Shown one piece after another: positions 11,335 to 22,800 of a stretch of 64,000 bases of DNA (position 1 is the stretch's first letter; each line of letters begins with the position of its first letter). The notes beneath the pieces were generated by a model, which saw only the letters and a list, made by a program, of their open reading frames with translations, did no database searches and had not been told where the DNA came from. Both the position numbers and the translations under genes were made by a program. This stretch comes from Amoebophrya sp. A120 (taxonomy: Eukaryota; Protista; Dinoflagellata): positions 1,588,573 to 1,652,572 of the forward strand of contig CAJINV010000004.1 of the NCBI GenBank assembly GCA_905178155.1. The letters are read 5' to 3'.

Positions 11335-14300
11335 ATGGATCCCGCCTTCTTGATGCAGATGCAGATGAGCATGCTGCTGCAACAGCAGCAACTGATGGCA
11401 AACGCCATGGCGGCACAGCAGCAGCAGCAGCAGCAGGGTCAGCAACTACAACCGGGAACAAGTACGATGTTACCGCAGATCAACATGCAGCTGCCACAAC
11501 TGCCAGGCGCCGGAGCAGTAGTTCCTCCAGGAACTTCTACAATAGGGAACAACATGATGAACCAGCAGCAACCGGTCCAGCAACTGTTGCCAACGATACC
11601 CAACATGTCGCAGGTTGTGGTTCCGCCCGGAGGTGCTGCTATCGCCACACCTGGCACGACAGGGAACAAAGGCGGGGGCGCGCCAACTGCACCCGCTTTA
11701 TCCGCGGCTCCAGGTGGAGCTGCTCCCGGGGTACCACTTACGGGTGCGGCTGCGGGGCTAGCCGGAAATGATGAAACAGACGCCGGCGCGTCCTCAGAAG
11801 TAGTGCCTCATAATCTACCTCAAGGCACGGCAAAGCAACAGCCGCCACTTCAAGCTACGTCCAATGCGGCTGATCTCCTACACACGGCCACCCCGGTGGG
11901 TACATCTATCCTTGAGATCTATCATTTTACATACTTACTATGCAGAGAAACAGATGTGCTAATAGGGTAATCCTAAAAATCTTCACGCCCAGGTGCGCAG
12001 AACTAGAACGACTTGCTTTTCATCATGATTCACAGCAGCTGGTGGCTCGTGCCAGCACGGGCTCCTGGTGAACCAAGTTTGTATATTACGGTAGTTTATT
12101 TCATCAGAAATGAAACATTGTTTATAGAAAATTGTTCACTTTTATCTCCCTCAGGACCTGCAGCTGCACCAACGCCCGGGCCGTTGCCTCCAGTGGCCAC
12201 CCACCCACCAGGAGAGCAAGCTAGTACGGCTCCACCTACGACCGTTGCAATTCCCAGTTCGGGTAGTGCACAGCTGCTAGCCGCGTCACCCTCTGCAGCT
12301 GCTGGCGGTAGTACATCATCCAGTTCTACTGCGGGGGTCGTGCCAGGATTGTTTACAACCCAAACTCCCGCTGCGAACAACAGCGGAATAATTCCTGCCA
12401 CGGCCTCTACGCTTCAATCTACTGGGCGGACCGCTGGCGGCGCCGCATCGTCGTCCTCGTCAAGTGGTGGACCACAAGCGCAGCAACAGCTACAGATGCA
12501 GCTACAACCTCCCGCATATCATCCCGCTCTGGTCGTGCCCCCGCAACAGCAGCAGCTCCTGCAGGGGAATCCGATTGTTCACCCGAACCCCCTCGCGGCA
12601 GCACCACAGGTCGCCCCCCTGCCGCCCAAGCCGGATCTACGCGAGATCAATCAAAAGGCTTTCCTGCTGCCGGGCGGCGACTGGCAGTGCCCGGTGAAAG
12701 CGTGCGGAACCATCAATTCCAAACGGTTGAATAATTGCGAGAAGTGCGGAAAGTCAAAACCGGTGCGGAACGATGCCGAGATGCCCATGACTATGAGCGC
12801 ACCGCCAGGACTGTATAGAGGACGATAGATGTTTTTTTTTTGTGTCTAGCAAATCGTTATTTGGTTTTGGCAATCCACGATAGTTGAGTACATCTGCAGT
12901 TATCATAGTCATGGCAGGTTGCGCAATCATCTTGCTGTAGTACACTTGTGAAGACCAAAGAATAATAATCAACCACATATTCATATCGTACTACAAAATA
13001 CACAGGTTCAAGCCTGGAGATTGGACCTGCTCTTCCTGGTATCAAACGGAAATAAATAAGAGCTGCTCCGGGGCGTACTATCGTCCTCAATTCTTTCTAT
13101 GCAATCGATCCTGATAGAAGGGGCTCGTCCATGCATTCATCATATTCTCTGATCAATGATTTGCATTTGTGTGGGATTTTTGTTCACTTCGTACAAGAGA
13201 AGCACAATAGAAAAATGACCGGTAAACAAGTAAGGAAATAGCCGCTTCCAGGAAGTAGCTCTTGATGTTTCCAAGATGATACCTGTGCCAATGTGAACTG
13301 GGACTGGCGTACACGGTGCAACCTTTGCCAGAGTCTTATTGTGAAGAAAAATCCCCCCTCCCCATATCAAAACGAAGTTTCTGATGCTGGATTTCCGTAC
13401 ACAAATCACGGCTGTCTTGCAGTATATGCTTGGAGGCATATGCCGTGCCTGAGTACAGAGCTGCTGACGTGGACGCTTAGTATCACAAATGCCTATGCTG
13501 TAGCCCAGGCAGCATCACAAACCGCCCGCATAGTGCGGCGGAGACTGTAGAGTAGCCTTCTTGCAAGACAAATGTGATTTGTGACCTCAAATCAGCAACG
13601 CAAATTTTCGGAGACATACCTTTTCAATATGGGGAGGGGGGATTTTTCTTTTCAATAAGTCTGAAACCCGAGCTCCAGGAGAAGCGGGAGGGCGGGCGTG
13701 CGGGCGGCTATTTCGACCGGCAAGACCCTGAGGACCTATGCATTGCAAATATGTCTGCGTCTGGGTCTGGATTTGTAATGCAAGACATCAAGGACAATAT
13801 GGATTTGCGATGCATAAATACGATTGGCCAGTTTCTGTGTCATGCTGTGAAACTCAGTTATTTGTAATGCTTCCGACGAATGAATCCGCAAAATATAAGC
13901 TGAGGATATTAACTTGTCATGCTGTTATTCCGTACAACTACAAGGAGCCCGTCTGCAATGCAAGTATCAGCAACACAAGTTTCCAGACATCCAGGGATAT
14001 TTGCATTTCATAGGACCGAAAGCAACACGATTCCGACGAGGAGGAATTTGACGACTATGGGCGTATATCCACCGCAAATATGTCTTGATTTGGAAGATTG
14101 AAACTTGTGATGCGCATTTTGGATCACACATGAATCTGTCATGCATGGAAGGCAATACGAATACTTAAAAAAATGGCCCGGCGCTTCCTGTCATCAAAAT
14201 CCGGAAGAACGTCTCATGCGGGATCAGCATTAAGAAAGCTTCGCAAAATTGTGACCAGTAATGTCGTGCAAAAACAGCATCACAAAGTCCGCACTTTTTC

Positions 14301-14453
14301 AGACCACCCAGACACATTTGCCATGCATAGCGTAAAAAAACCACGAAAAAAAAGCAACCCGCAAAGAGCGAGAAGGCCAAGGCCGCGCTGGCGCGACTTT
14401 ACAAAGGCGGAAGGAACAAGGAGAGGTCCCGAAGCAGGGACAGGGGGCGATGA
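11335..14453 (+). CDS. ZRANB2: ZRANB2-like RNA-binding protein with two RanBP2-type zinc fingers and a Q/P-rich N-terminus
   Basis: GDWQCPVKACGTINSKRLNNCEKC and GDWTCSSCANVNWDWRTRCNLC, then REGGRAGGYFDRQD..DSDEEEFDDYGRKK..RSRSRDRGR*. GT-AG introns 11900-12154 and 12813-13005 plus four introners. Confidence 0.82.
13040..13281. mobile_element. Introner, singleton family
   Basis: TSD CCTGG/CCTGT; imperfect TIR; lies in a zinc-finger Cys codon. Confidence 0.85.
13337..13657. mobile_element. Introner, family C
   Basis: TSD AGTCT/AGTCT. Confidence 0.92.
13737..14012. mobile_element. Introner, family A (diverged)
   Basis: TSD GGACC/GGACC. Confidence 0.88.
14066..14329. mobile_element. Introner, family A (diverged)
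   Basis: TSD GCGTA/GCGTA. Confidence 0.88.
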
Positions 14454-14546
14454 GATGGTGACGGTAGCGTGGAAAAATCTATACAAGAACTCTTGCGCGC
14501 CCGCGCGGACAGTACAACTCATGGTTTATTTCACGCAGCCGGCGCA

Positions 14547-15598
14547 TATAGGTTATTACTGGTGTGTGCCTTCGCCTGCGCGTGTGACTTCGATGACGTC
14601 GCCTGCGGGTGCTGGGGAGGGGTTGGGCGTCCGCGACGTCGTTGTTGCTGCTCTTCGGAGCTCGTGACGACTTCGTTGCAGCTTCCACATGGATGCTTGC
14701 TTGCATCTTGCAGGGCATGTTGTAGGTAGCACTTCGTGTGGAAGTATCAGGAGTGCTGACACGGAAGGAGAGCTGAGGAGCGTGGCCTATCGGCTTCGCG
14801 ACTCCGTCCTTCGCTCCTCGGCGTCGGTCCGCCGGTGTTGATTGCTTGAATGCAGTCGACGCAGTCGAGGGGTTCAGCGGTTGGTGTGGGGGCGAGAGGG
14901 AGCGCTGCATAGATGCTCTTTTGCTTCTGTGAACAGGTTCGTTCTTCTCCTGCTTCGGGGTCTCCCAGGAGATCCTGACTCATCCAACGGGCCTGGGGAC
15001 GCTTTTGTGGCCTTTGCGAAACTTAAAGCAATCACAGACGCGACAGATAATGTCTACTTACCGAGACGCGTGGTCGGTCGCGCAGTGCTTTGTGCTGCTT
15101 CCGCCACGAGACGAGTCCGCGGAACCCTCCCGGGCCTTACTTATCTAGTCACATTTGGGAGCACGCCCCCACTATCCTCACCCGGTTCCCGGGTTGTGTC
15201 GCGGGGATATGTCCCGGCACGATTCCACAAGCCTCGCTACTTTGCTACGCCGCCCCGTGCGCCCTGCTCTCTGTCCCCGACAGTGCGGGCTGCCCCCTTT
15301 GTTTAGTCGCATTTGGGGAAGACATTCGGCGGTCCCAGTCGCGCCTCGCGGCTTGGGCCACCTCTTCTATGTCCGGGGCATGGCTCTGTGGGGGTCGAGA
15401 GCCTGGCTTGCATGGCCTGCTACCCGTAGCTCGTTGTGCCGGCCGGGTTCTCTCTTGGCTGCCATTGTGACTGTCGCTCGAGGTCTTGCGACTATCACTG
15501 CGACGCGCTTCTGCACGTCATTCGCTTCCGTTGGTTGCGCGCGCGTTCACTCTATGGGTGAATTGCGCAGAGAAGGCGAAATTATATACAACAAGAAG
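14547..15598. mobile_element. Long-TSD insert (1.05 kb) downstream of the ZRANB2-like stop
   Basis: Direct repeats 14485-14546 / 15599-15663 (62/65 bp, one 3-bp indel); ends ...TATACAACAAGAAG. Confidence 0.75.
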
Positions 15599-16827
15599 AA
15601 GAACTCTTGCGCGCCCGCGCGGACAGTACAACTCATGGTTTAATATTTCACGCAGCCGGCGCAAGACGTTTCTTGCAGATTCAATGAAAAATATGGATTA
15701 TGCAAATTAGTTTGAGCATGAGCGGCGAACGAACAAGCATCACGACCATTCAAAGACTACAGTACGAACTACATGATCACATAGAAGTCACTGCTCGTCG
15801 TCTTCAGGAGAGCAACATGAACTTACTGAGTACGACCGCGATGTGTTTTTCTTTTTCCCGTCCATCTCTTGAAGAGTCAAATTGCTCTCTGGCGCCACTT
15901 TTTAAGTACTTCGCGCGGTGTTGCTGGTAGTATCCCCTCTATCCTGACAATGCGGTTACAAGCGACAAGCTCCAGCTCGTATGATGTAGTATACTCCTCG
16001 CAGGGATTTTTCTCCATCTCCATTATTAACGGCGTCGGTTCCGTTCATCCGTGTCTGTGATCGTGCGTTTGAAGCGCCACACCAAAGCCTGTGGAAGGCT
16101 ATATTAACTAGAAAAATTTGCTCTTCGTTCGGTCAACTTTGACACTTTCGTTGCGGTTTCCAATATCTGTCCTGTGCTATATTTTGAGTCGGTATTTCTG
16201 TATCACTTTTTCTTGCAGTTCTCGTCGCGTTTTTATCGGTTATGTTTTGCTTTTGTCGTTGTATTATCGTTTTAAACCACCTGTCGTCCAGTCATTCATT
16301 CTTTTCGTTCAACCACTACTCACTCGTGCACGAAGAAATGGAAGCGCTCGTCCACGTAGTCGTTCGTCTTTTGTCCTTTGGAGCATTAGCATGACCCCTT
16401 TGGGTTTGAACATCTTCACACGGTGCATCAAAAATCGTATTAGATAACAATAGAGGATTATACGACCAGTTCGCATTTTTTGTTTTCGACAGGCACTATA
16501 TTCTAGCAACACCCCGTCAACAATATTATATATCTCCTCACCTTTATATACTGCATGATCTGCGCATGGTCGTGCGCATTCTCCCCTGATCGTGATCGGC
16601 ACCACACGCTCCTCGCACTGTTGCCATCACGCAGCAAGCATGATATTTTTACGGAGACGGACCGTCGAACAAGCGTTGCGCACAGTAGACGATTCTCATA
16701 GGTAGTTGTCATGATTTTACTGCAATATGAAAATACTGCAAAGAAAAAATGACTAATTCTACGAGATAACATTAAGTGCAAGCGCTCCTTCTCAGAAATA
16801 GTTGCATTTGTCCGAAGAAAAGCTAAG

Positions 16828-19800
16828 ATGGGAAGCTCAACCGCCCTTCCCGACGAGTGCGGAGGTCGTTCGCCGTTCCAGGGCGATGCTCCACAACGGC
16901 CTTGCGTCGACCTTCACAACAGCGCCGGGAAAAGAAACCCGTCGTCATCTTCCTTCCGGAGCCGGTATCACGAACACCGGGCCGCGACGGAGGTGAAGAA
17001 CTCAAGACGAGGAGGAGGAATAAAACTTTGTTGGGCTGGTGCTCTAGTCGTACTTCGGAATTTCTACTGCGCAACAACGACTTCTACACTTCTCGCTCTA
17101 GTACATGTACAACTCCCACGACCGGTTTTTGGTGTGACTGCAACATCTCCTACCGCGGCAAATGCCTCCTCCACGCGGTACTTTTTATCCGAATCACTGT
17201 GCAAATACGACCAGCAGCTGGAGAACCGGGAGCAATGCGAGCAGGCGGCGACTAAGTTGCTGAACTGGAACCCGTCGGCGGTAAACACGCCGAGCCTCTA
17301 CATCGCGAGCAAAGAGTATCAAATGTAAAAATGTCTGGGTCTGGAAGAGTCATGCTGTTTTTGCATGACACGGAAGGCCTGGCATGAAAGCTCTAGCATC
17401 ACAGGTTTCGAAAAGCTTCCGCAATGCCGAATCCGCATGACAAATCCCCTATTTTGCTGAGAGAAAATGGGCAGCTTCTGCTACGTATGCATGAGAGACT
17501 TTTCTGTGTTCTGAAATATGCATTACAAGTTGCATTCTTCCAGACCCAGACATTTTTACATTTGATAAAGAGTGGCAACCGCTGAAAACCATGAACCGGG
17601 CCGGCTGCTTATCCTGAGTAAAAACGTACCCACACCATAGTTGTCATGCAACTCTGCATGACTAAAATGTTTCTCATGCGGAGCCCCATGAGAAGCATTT
17701 TCTAATGCGGTTTTGAAATTTGTCATGCTCCAATCAGCACGAGATACTAGATCTGTAATGCTGCTAAACTAGCTCAAACAGCACTACACTACGCGGACAA
17801 ACTTGTCATGCCAAACAACCAAAGCTGGCTAATTTGTCTAGCAGATTCCCCATCCTGACTCTGGTGTGGGTACGTTTTTACTCAGGATACTGCTGGTATG
17901 ACCAGGGGACCAAGTTGCTGGTCTGGAAAGAGGAGGGAGACAAGCGGGATACCAGCGCGAACCACGGGGACTACCTCCTTTTGTGCAAGTCTGAGGACGG
18001 AGGTGGCCACGGGGGGCACCACGTCCCCGCTCTGTATTTCCTGTATCCTGAGTAAAAACGTACCCACACCAGAGTCAGGATGGGGATTTTGCAACACAAA
18101 CCTAGGAGTTTTGTGAGTCACGCGTGACAACTTGCACTCTGCAGCGTAGTGCAGGTTAGCAAGTGCAGTCGCATCACAGATTCATCTGCTCATCCTGTTT
18201 ACAGCATCACAAATTCCAAAACACGACTGGAAATGGCTCTCATAGGGATGCGCATTACAAGTCTTCCTGTCTTTGCAAATCTGCATTACAACTCTGGCGT
18301 GGGTACGTTTTTACTCAGGATATCCTGCTCGCCTTCGTTTTGGTCGCCATTCTGGGCTTATCAAATGTAAAAATGTCTGGGTCTGGAAGAATGCAACTTG
18401 TGATGCTGCATTTGGATTCCAAAAAATAAAAAGTCTGTATTGCATGAGTACCAAAGGGAATGCATGCTTTTGCTACGCTGATAAGGCATTTGTCATGCGG
18501 AATAGGCATCAAGAAGCTCTCAAAAAATCTGTGATGCTAGGGTATGCATCACAGACATCATGGCTCATGCAAAACGTGCATGACGAATCTCGCAATCTTC
18601 CAGAGCCAGACATTTTTACAGTTGATAGGGCTCGCTGCTCGTCACCGCGCTCGACAAGTTCGTCTTCCACCACTTCTTGCCGCAGTCCCTGCTGCTGGTG
18701 CTGGTGGGGATGCTGACCAACGTCCTGGGCCACCTCGCGCCGCCGCACGGGCACTTTGCGGAGATGATCCACGCCGTCAGCCACATCGACCCGCACGTCT
18801 TGTTTTGGGTGCTGCTGTATCAACCGCAAAAATGTCTGGGTCTGGAAGATTGCCAGGTTTGTCATGCATATTTTCCATCACCCACGATGTCTGTGATGCA
18901 TGCCCTAGCATCACAGATTCTGCGAGGGCTTTCTGATGCTCATACCGCATGAGAAATGCCCTCTCCGCGTAGCAAAAACCGGGCTTATTTTGCTCTTCAC
19001 GCAATACAGTCTTTATGTAGAGTCCAGACGTAGCATTACATACAAGTTGTATCCTTCCAGATCCAGCGATTTTTGCGATGCATATGCTGCCTTTCCTGCT
19101 GTACGAGGACGGGTCCTCCGCAGACTGGCGCGTGCTGAAACCGGTGTTCTCGAACGCCGTCACGCTCGCGGTGCCCGGGGTGCTCATCTCCTTTCTCCTC
19201 CTGGGCGGGTGCATCAAGCTGTTGTTCAGCGACCCCCCGGGAGACGACGGGTGGACGTTGGAGTCCTGTTTGTTGCTGGCCGTGATTCTGTCCGCCACGG
19301 ACCCGGTCGCCGTCGTGGGCGCGCTCAAGGTATCAAATGCAACTTGTCATGCTGAATCTGAAGCATGGAATAATCTGTGTTGCATGATTACCAAAAGTCG
19401 TTCAGTTTTGACCAAGTCGGGAGGGAGTTTCTCATGCAGGATAAGCATAAGAGAGATCGCACAGAATCTGTCATGCTAGGTCCTGCATTCCAGACCTCAT
19501 GGGTCATGGCAAAGCTGCATGACAAATCGCGCACTCTTCCAGACCCAGACATTTTTGCATTTGATACAAGGTGCTGGGCGCGCCCGCGCGGCTCACGCTG
19601 CTGATCGCCGGGGAGGCGTTGATGAACGACGCCACGTATCAAGTGCAAAAATCGATCTGGGTCTGGAAGGTTGCAGCTTGTGATGCTGTCTTTGGATTCC
19701 AAAAGAATCTGTATTGCATGACTAGCAAAAGGCGTCCAGTTATTTGTGCTACACGGGGAGAGCATTTCTCATGCGGTAGAAGTATCACAAAGCCCTCCAA

Positions 19801-22800
19801 AAATCTGTGATGCTACGTCAAATATCACAGACATCATGGCTCATGGAAAATATGCATGACAAATCTAGAAATCTTCCAGACCCAGACACTTTATTTGCAG
19901 TTGATACCACGGCGGTGGTGTTTTTCCTCCTGTTTTTCGACATCGCCCGGGGCGTCAAGGACTTCACGATCGGGTACAGCCTGCTCACCTTCTCCCGGCT
20001 CGCCCTGGGCGGCCCGGTGATTGCGGTCGTGGGGATGCTGGTGGCCTACTTTGTGCTGTCGCGGGTGAAACACATCGACGCCCAGGTGTTCTTGTTCCTG
20101 ATCGCGATCATCGTGTTTGGCCTCTTCTTCGTGTCCGAGATGCACGAGATCCACGTGTCCGGGGTGCTCGCGGTGGTGGCCTTCGCGTTTTGGTACGCGG
20201 CGGTGGGCAAGGACCTGATTGCGGCGAACGGCGGGGAGCACCTGACGCACGCGCACCACCAGGTGGTGTCCTTCCTGGCCGGGGTGGCCAACGACTTCAT
20301 TTTCTTCATCGCCGGCGTCGTGATGGCCCGGTACATTTTTTTCTCGGACATGCGGGTGCAGGACTGGCTGGAGCTTGGCCTTCTATACGTGCTCTGCCAC
20401 TGCTGCCGCGGCCTCGCCATCCTGGTCCTGCTGCCCGTGCTCAACATCGGCGGCTACAGCGTCTCGCTGAAGGAGGCCCTGGTGTGCGTGGTCGGGGGGC
20501 TGCGCGGCGCGGTGGGGCTGGCCATGGCCCTGCTGGTGGAGCTGGACCAGTCGGAAGATCCGCTCCCCCTCGAGATCCGCCTGCGCATCGGGTTCCACGT
20601 GAGCGGCATCGCGCTCCTCACACTGTCGATCAACGGGGTGCTGTTCGGAAAAATCTACGACAAGCTGAAGATCTACCCGCCCGCGGAGCAACCGAACCAG
20701 CTGCTGATGCAGAAGTCGGCCCTGCTGGCCGAGGCGGTGGCGTACGAGCACGTGACGGAAATGCGGCACCACTGGCTCTTCAGCAACCTGGACGCGGACG
20801 CCGTGCTAAGGCTCACCCCGCGCGTCTCCGATATGCTCGAACAGGAAGCCAAGTCCACGGTTCTCGAGCAGCACGAGGTGGCGCGCAGCATCGTGACCAC
20901 CGCGTTTGTACCCACGACCACGGGCAGCGCCGCAACCTCGTCCGCGTCGATCGCGGAGCTGAAGCGGCAGCAGACCTTCAGCAAGGCCCAGCTCGCCGCG
21001 AAGAGGGCCTTCGAGAAGCGGCGGGCGCAGGCGGGCAAGGTGTCCACCATGACCGCGGCCCGCAAAACCTTGGACGCCAAGTCCACCGCCCGCGAGGGGG
21101 CCAAGTCGGTCAGCTTGCTCCGCCCCAAAACCATCGTGGAGGTGGTGCTGCAGCAAGCGCATGACGAGTTTCACGCGCCGGAGCACTACGAGTCGGTGTT
21201 CGCAACCATCGTCAAGGAGTGGGAGGTATGGGTTGCAAATATGTCTGGGTCTGGAAGAATACAAACTTGTGATGCGCATTTCAGAATACAGAAAAATTTC
21301 TCATGCATACGTAGCAAAAGCTGCCCACTTTCTGTCACCAAATTGGGGGATTTGTCATGCGGATTCGGCATTGTGGAAGCTTCTCGAAACCTGTGACGCT
21401 AGAGCTTCCATTCCAGACCTTTTGTGTCATGCAAAAACAGCATGACTCTTCCAGACCCAGACATTTTTGCAGTTGATAGGAGGAGCACAGCTACGACTAC
21501 GAGAAGTGGCGGGGGTTGACCTGCTTCCTGGTGCCCGGCCTGGATGAGTCCTTCATTGCGCGGCAGGCGCACGCCTCCAACTGGCTCACGGCGGAGTACG
21601 CCAGCAAGTCGCTGCGCACGCTGCTGACCGCTTTTCTGAACGCGGTCCACGCCGGGCTGGACCGCCTGAGGAAGCAGCGGTACCGCATGGGCACGTGGCC
21701 GGGGGCGCAGATCGGGGAGGCCCTGATCTTCGCGAAGGAGGCCATGGAGGGCATCGTGCGGGCGGACCCCTGCCTGAAGCCGACGGCGAAAGTGATCGTA
21801 AACTATTTCCCCGACATGCCCCCAGAGATCTGGAAGCAGTCCGCGCAAACCCAAGCGGAGTGGGCCCTGGAGGTGGCGTTCTGCCGGCTGTACGCAGACA
21901 TCTACGGTGCCGGGTTCGACCCTTCGGAGGTGGTGGACCACGAGAGTAGTACGAGCAGCAGTCGTTATAATGCCTCGCCACCGATGACCAGTCTGAGCAA
22001 GTTGAAAAAGCAGGAGGCCGGGGCACGGTCGATGCTGTTTTTCTGCCTCGTACTGGAGAACGCGCGGGCGCTGCTGCAGCCCGTGGTCTCCAACGACTAC
22101 GCAGCGGAAGCGAGCAAACGCGCCTCCGAGTCGAGGAACAGCGGGATAAATGGTAGATACAACGACGGCGCGACGCGCGGATCGATAGACTCCCGGCGGA
22201 CGGCACAAAGTACAAGTTCTGGTGACAACTCTGGTTCCGCGGGGGCGCTGGTGTTGGGCGGCAGAGTGTTTTCCGAGTTGTTTTCCCGCAAAAGAAGTGG
22301 AACCAGCACGGGAGGATCTGGTGGTGCTTCCGCAGTTGCACCACCTCCCCCCGGAAAGAACAAAATTTCACCCGCCGAGGGTGTTGATGTGCTGGACGAG
22401 GAGGAGCTTGTTGGTGGAGAAGGCACGTCGGCTCCGAAAGTAGACCGCACTTCGCAGGACCGCGGGAACCTCACCGACAACAGCGAAGAGAACAACATAA
22501 ATAGTAGTACGATTCAGACCGAGGGGAGGCACCGGTTGCCCGCGTCGGGGTTGCTGCGGCAGGCGACTGCGAAGCTCCAGGAGGAGAAGGAAACCACGAA
22601 AATTGTCAGTGAGACGCTGGACCTCGCCGTGGAGAAGCTGGACGTGAGTCTGAAGCGGGTGCTGTTCGCCGCGCGCAGCTGCGTGATCAAGAACTGGATC
22701 GTATCCTTTGTAAAAACGTCCCCACACCATAGTTGTCATGCAAATCTGCATGCTTAAAATGTTTGTCATGCGGAGCCCCATGAGAAGCATTTTCTAATGG

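Noticed and set aside
14772-14810. CTGAGGAG followed by a stem, as a hammerhead ribozyme
   Set aside because: The required GAAA after stem II is absent (GACT).
20190-22371. Long alternative-frame and antisense ORFs over the Na+/H+ exchanger
   Set aside because: Shadow ORFs of high-GC3 coding sequence.
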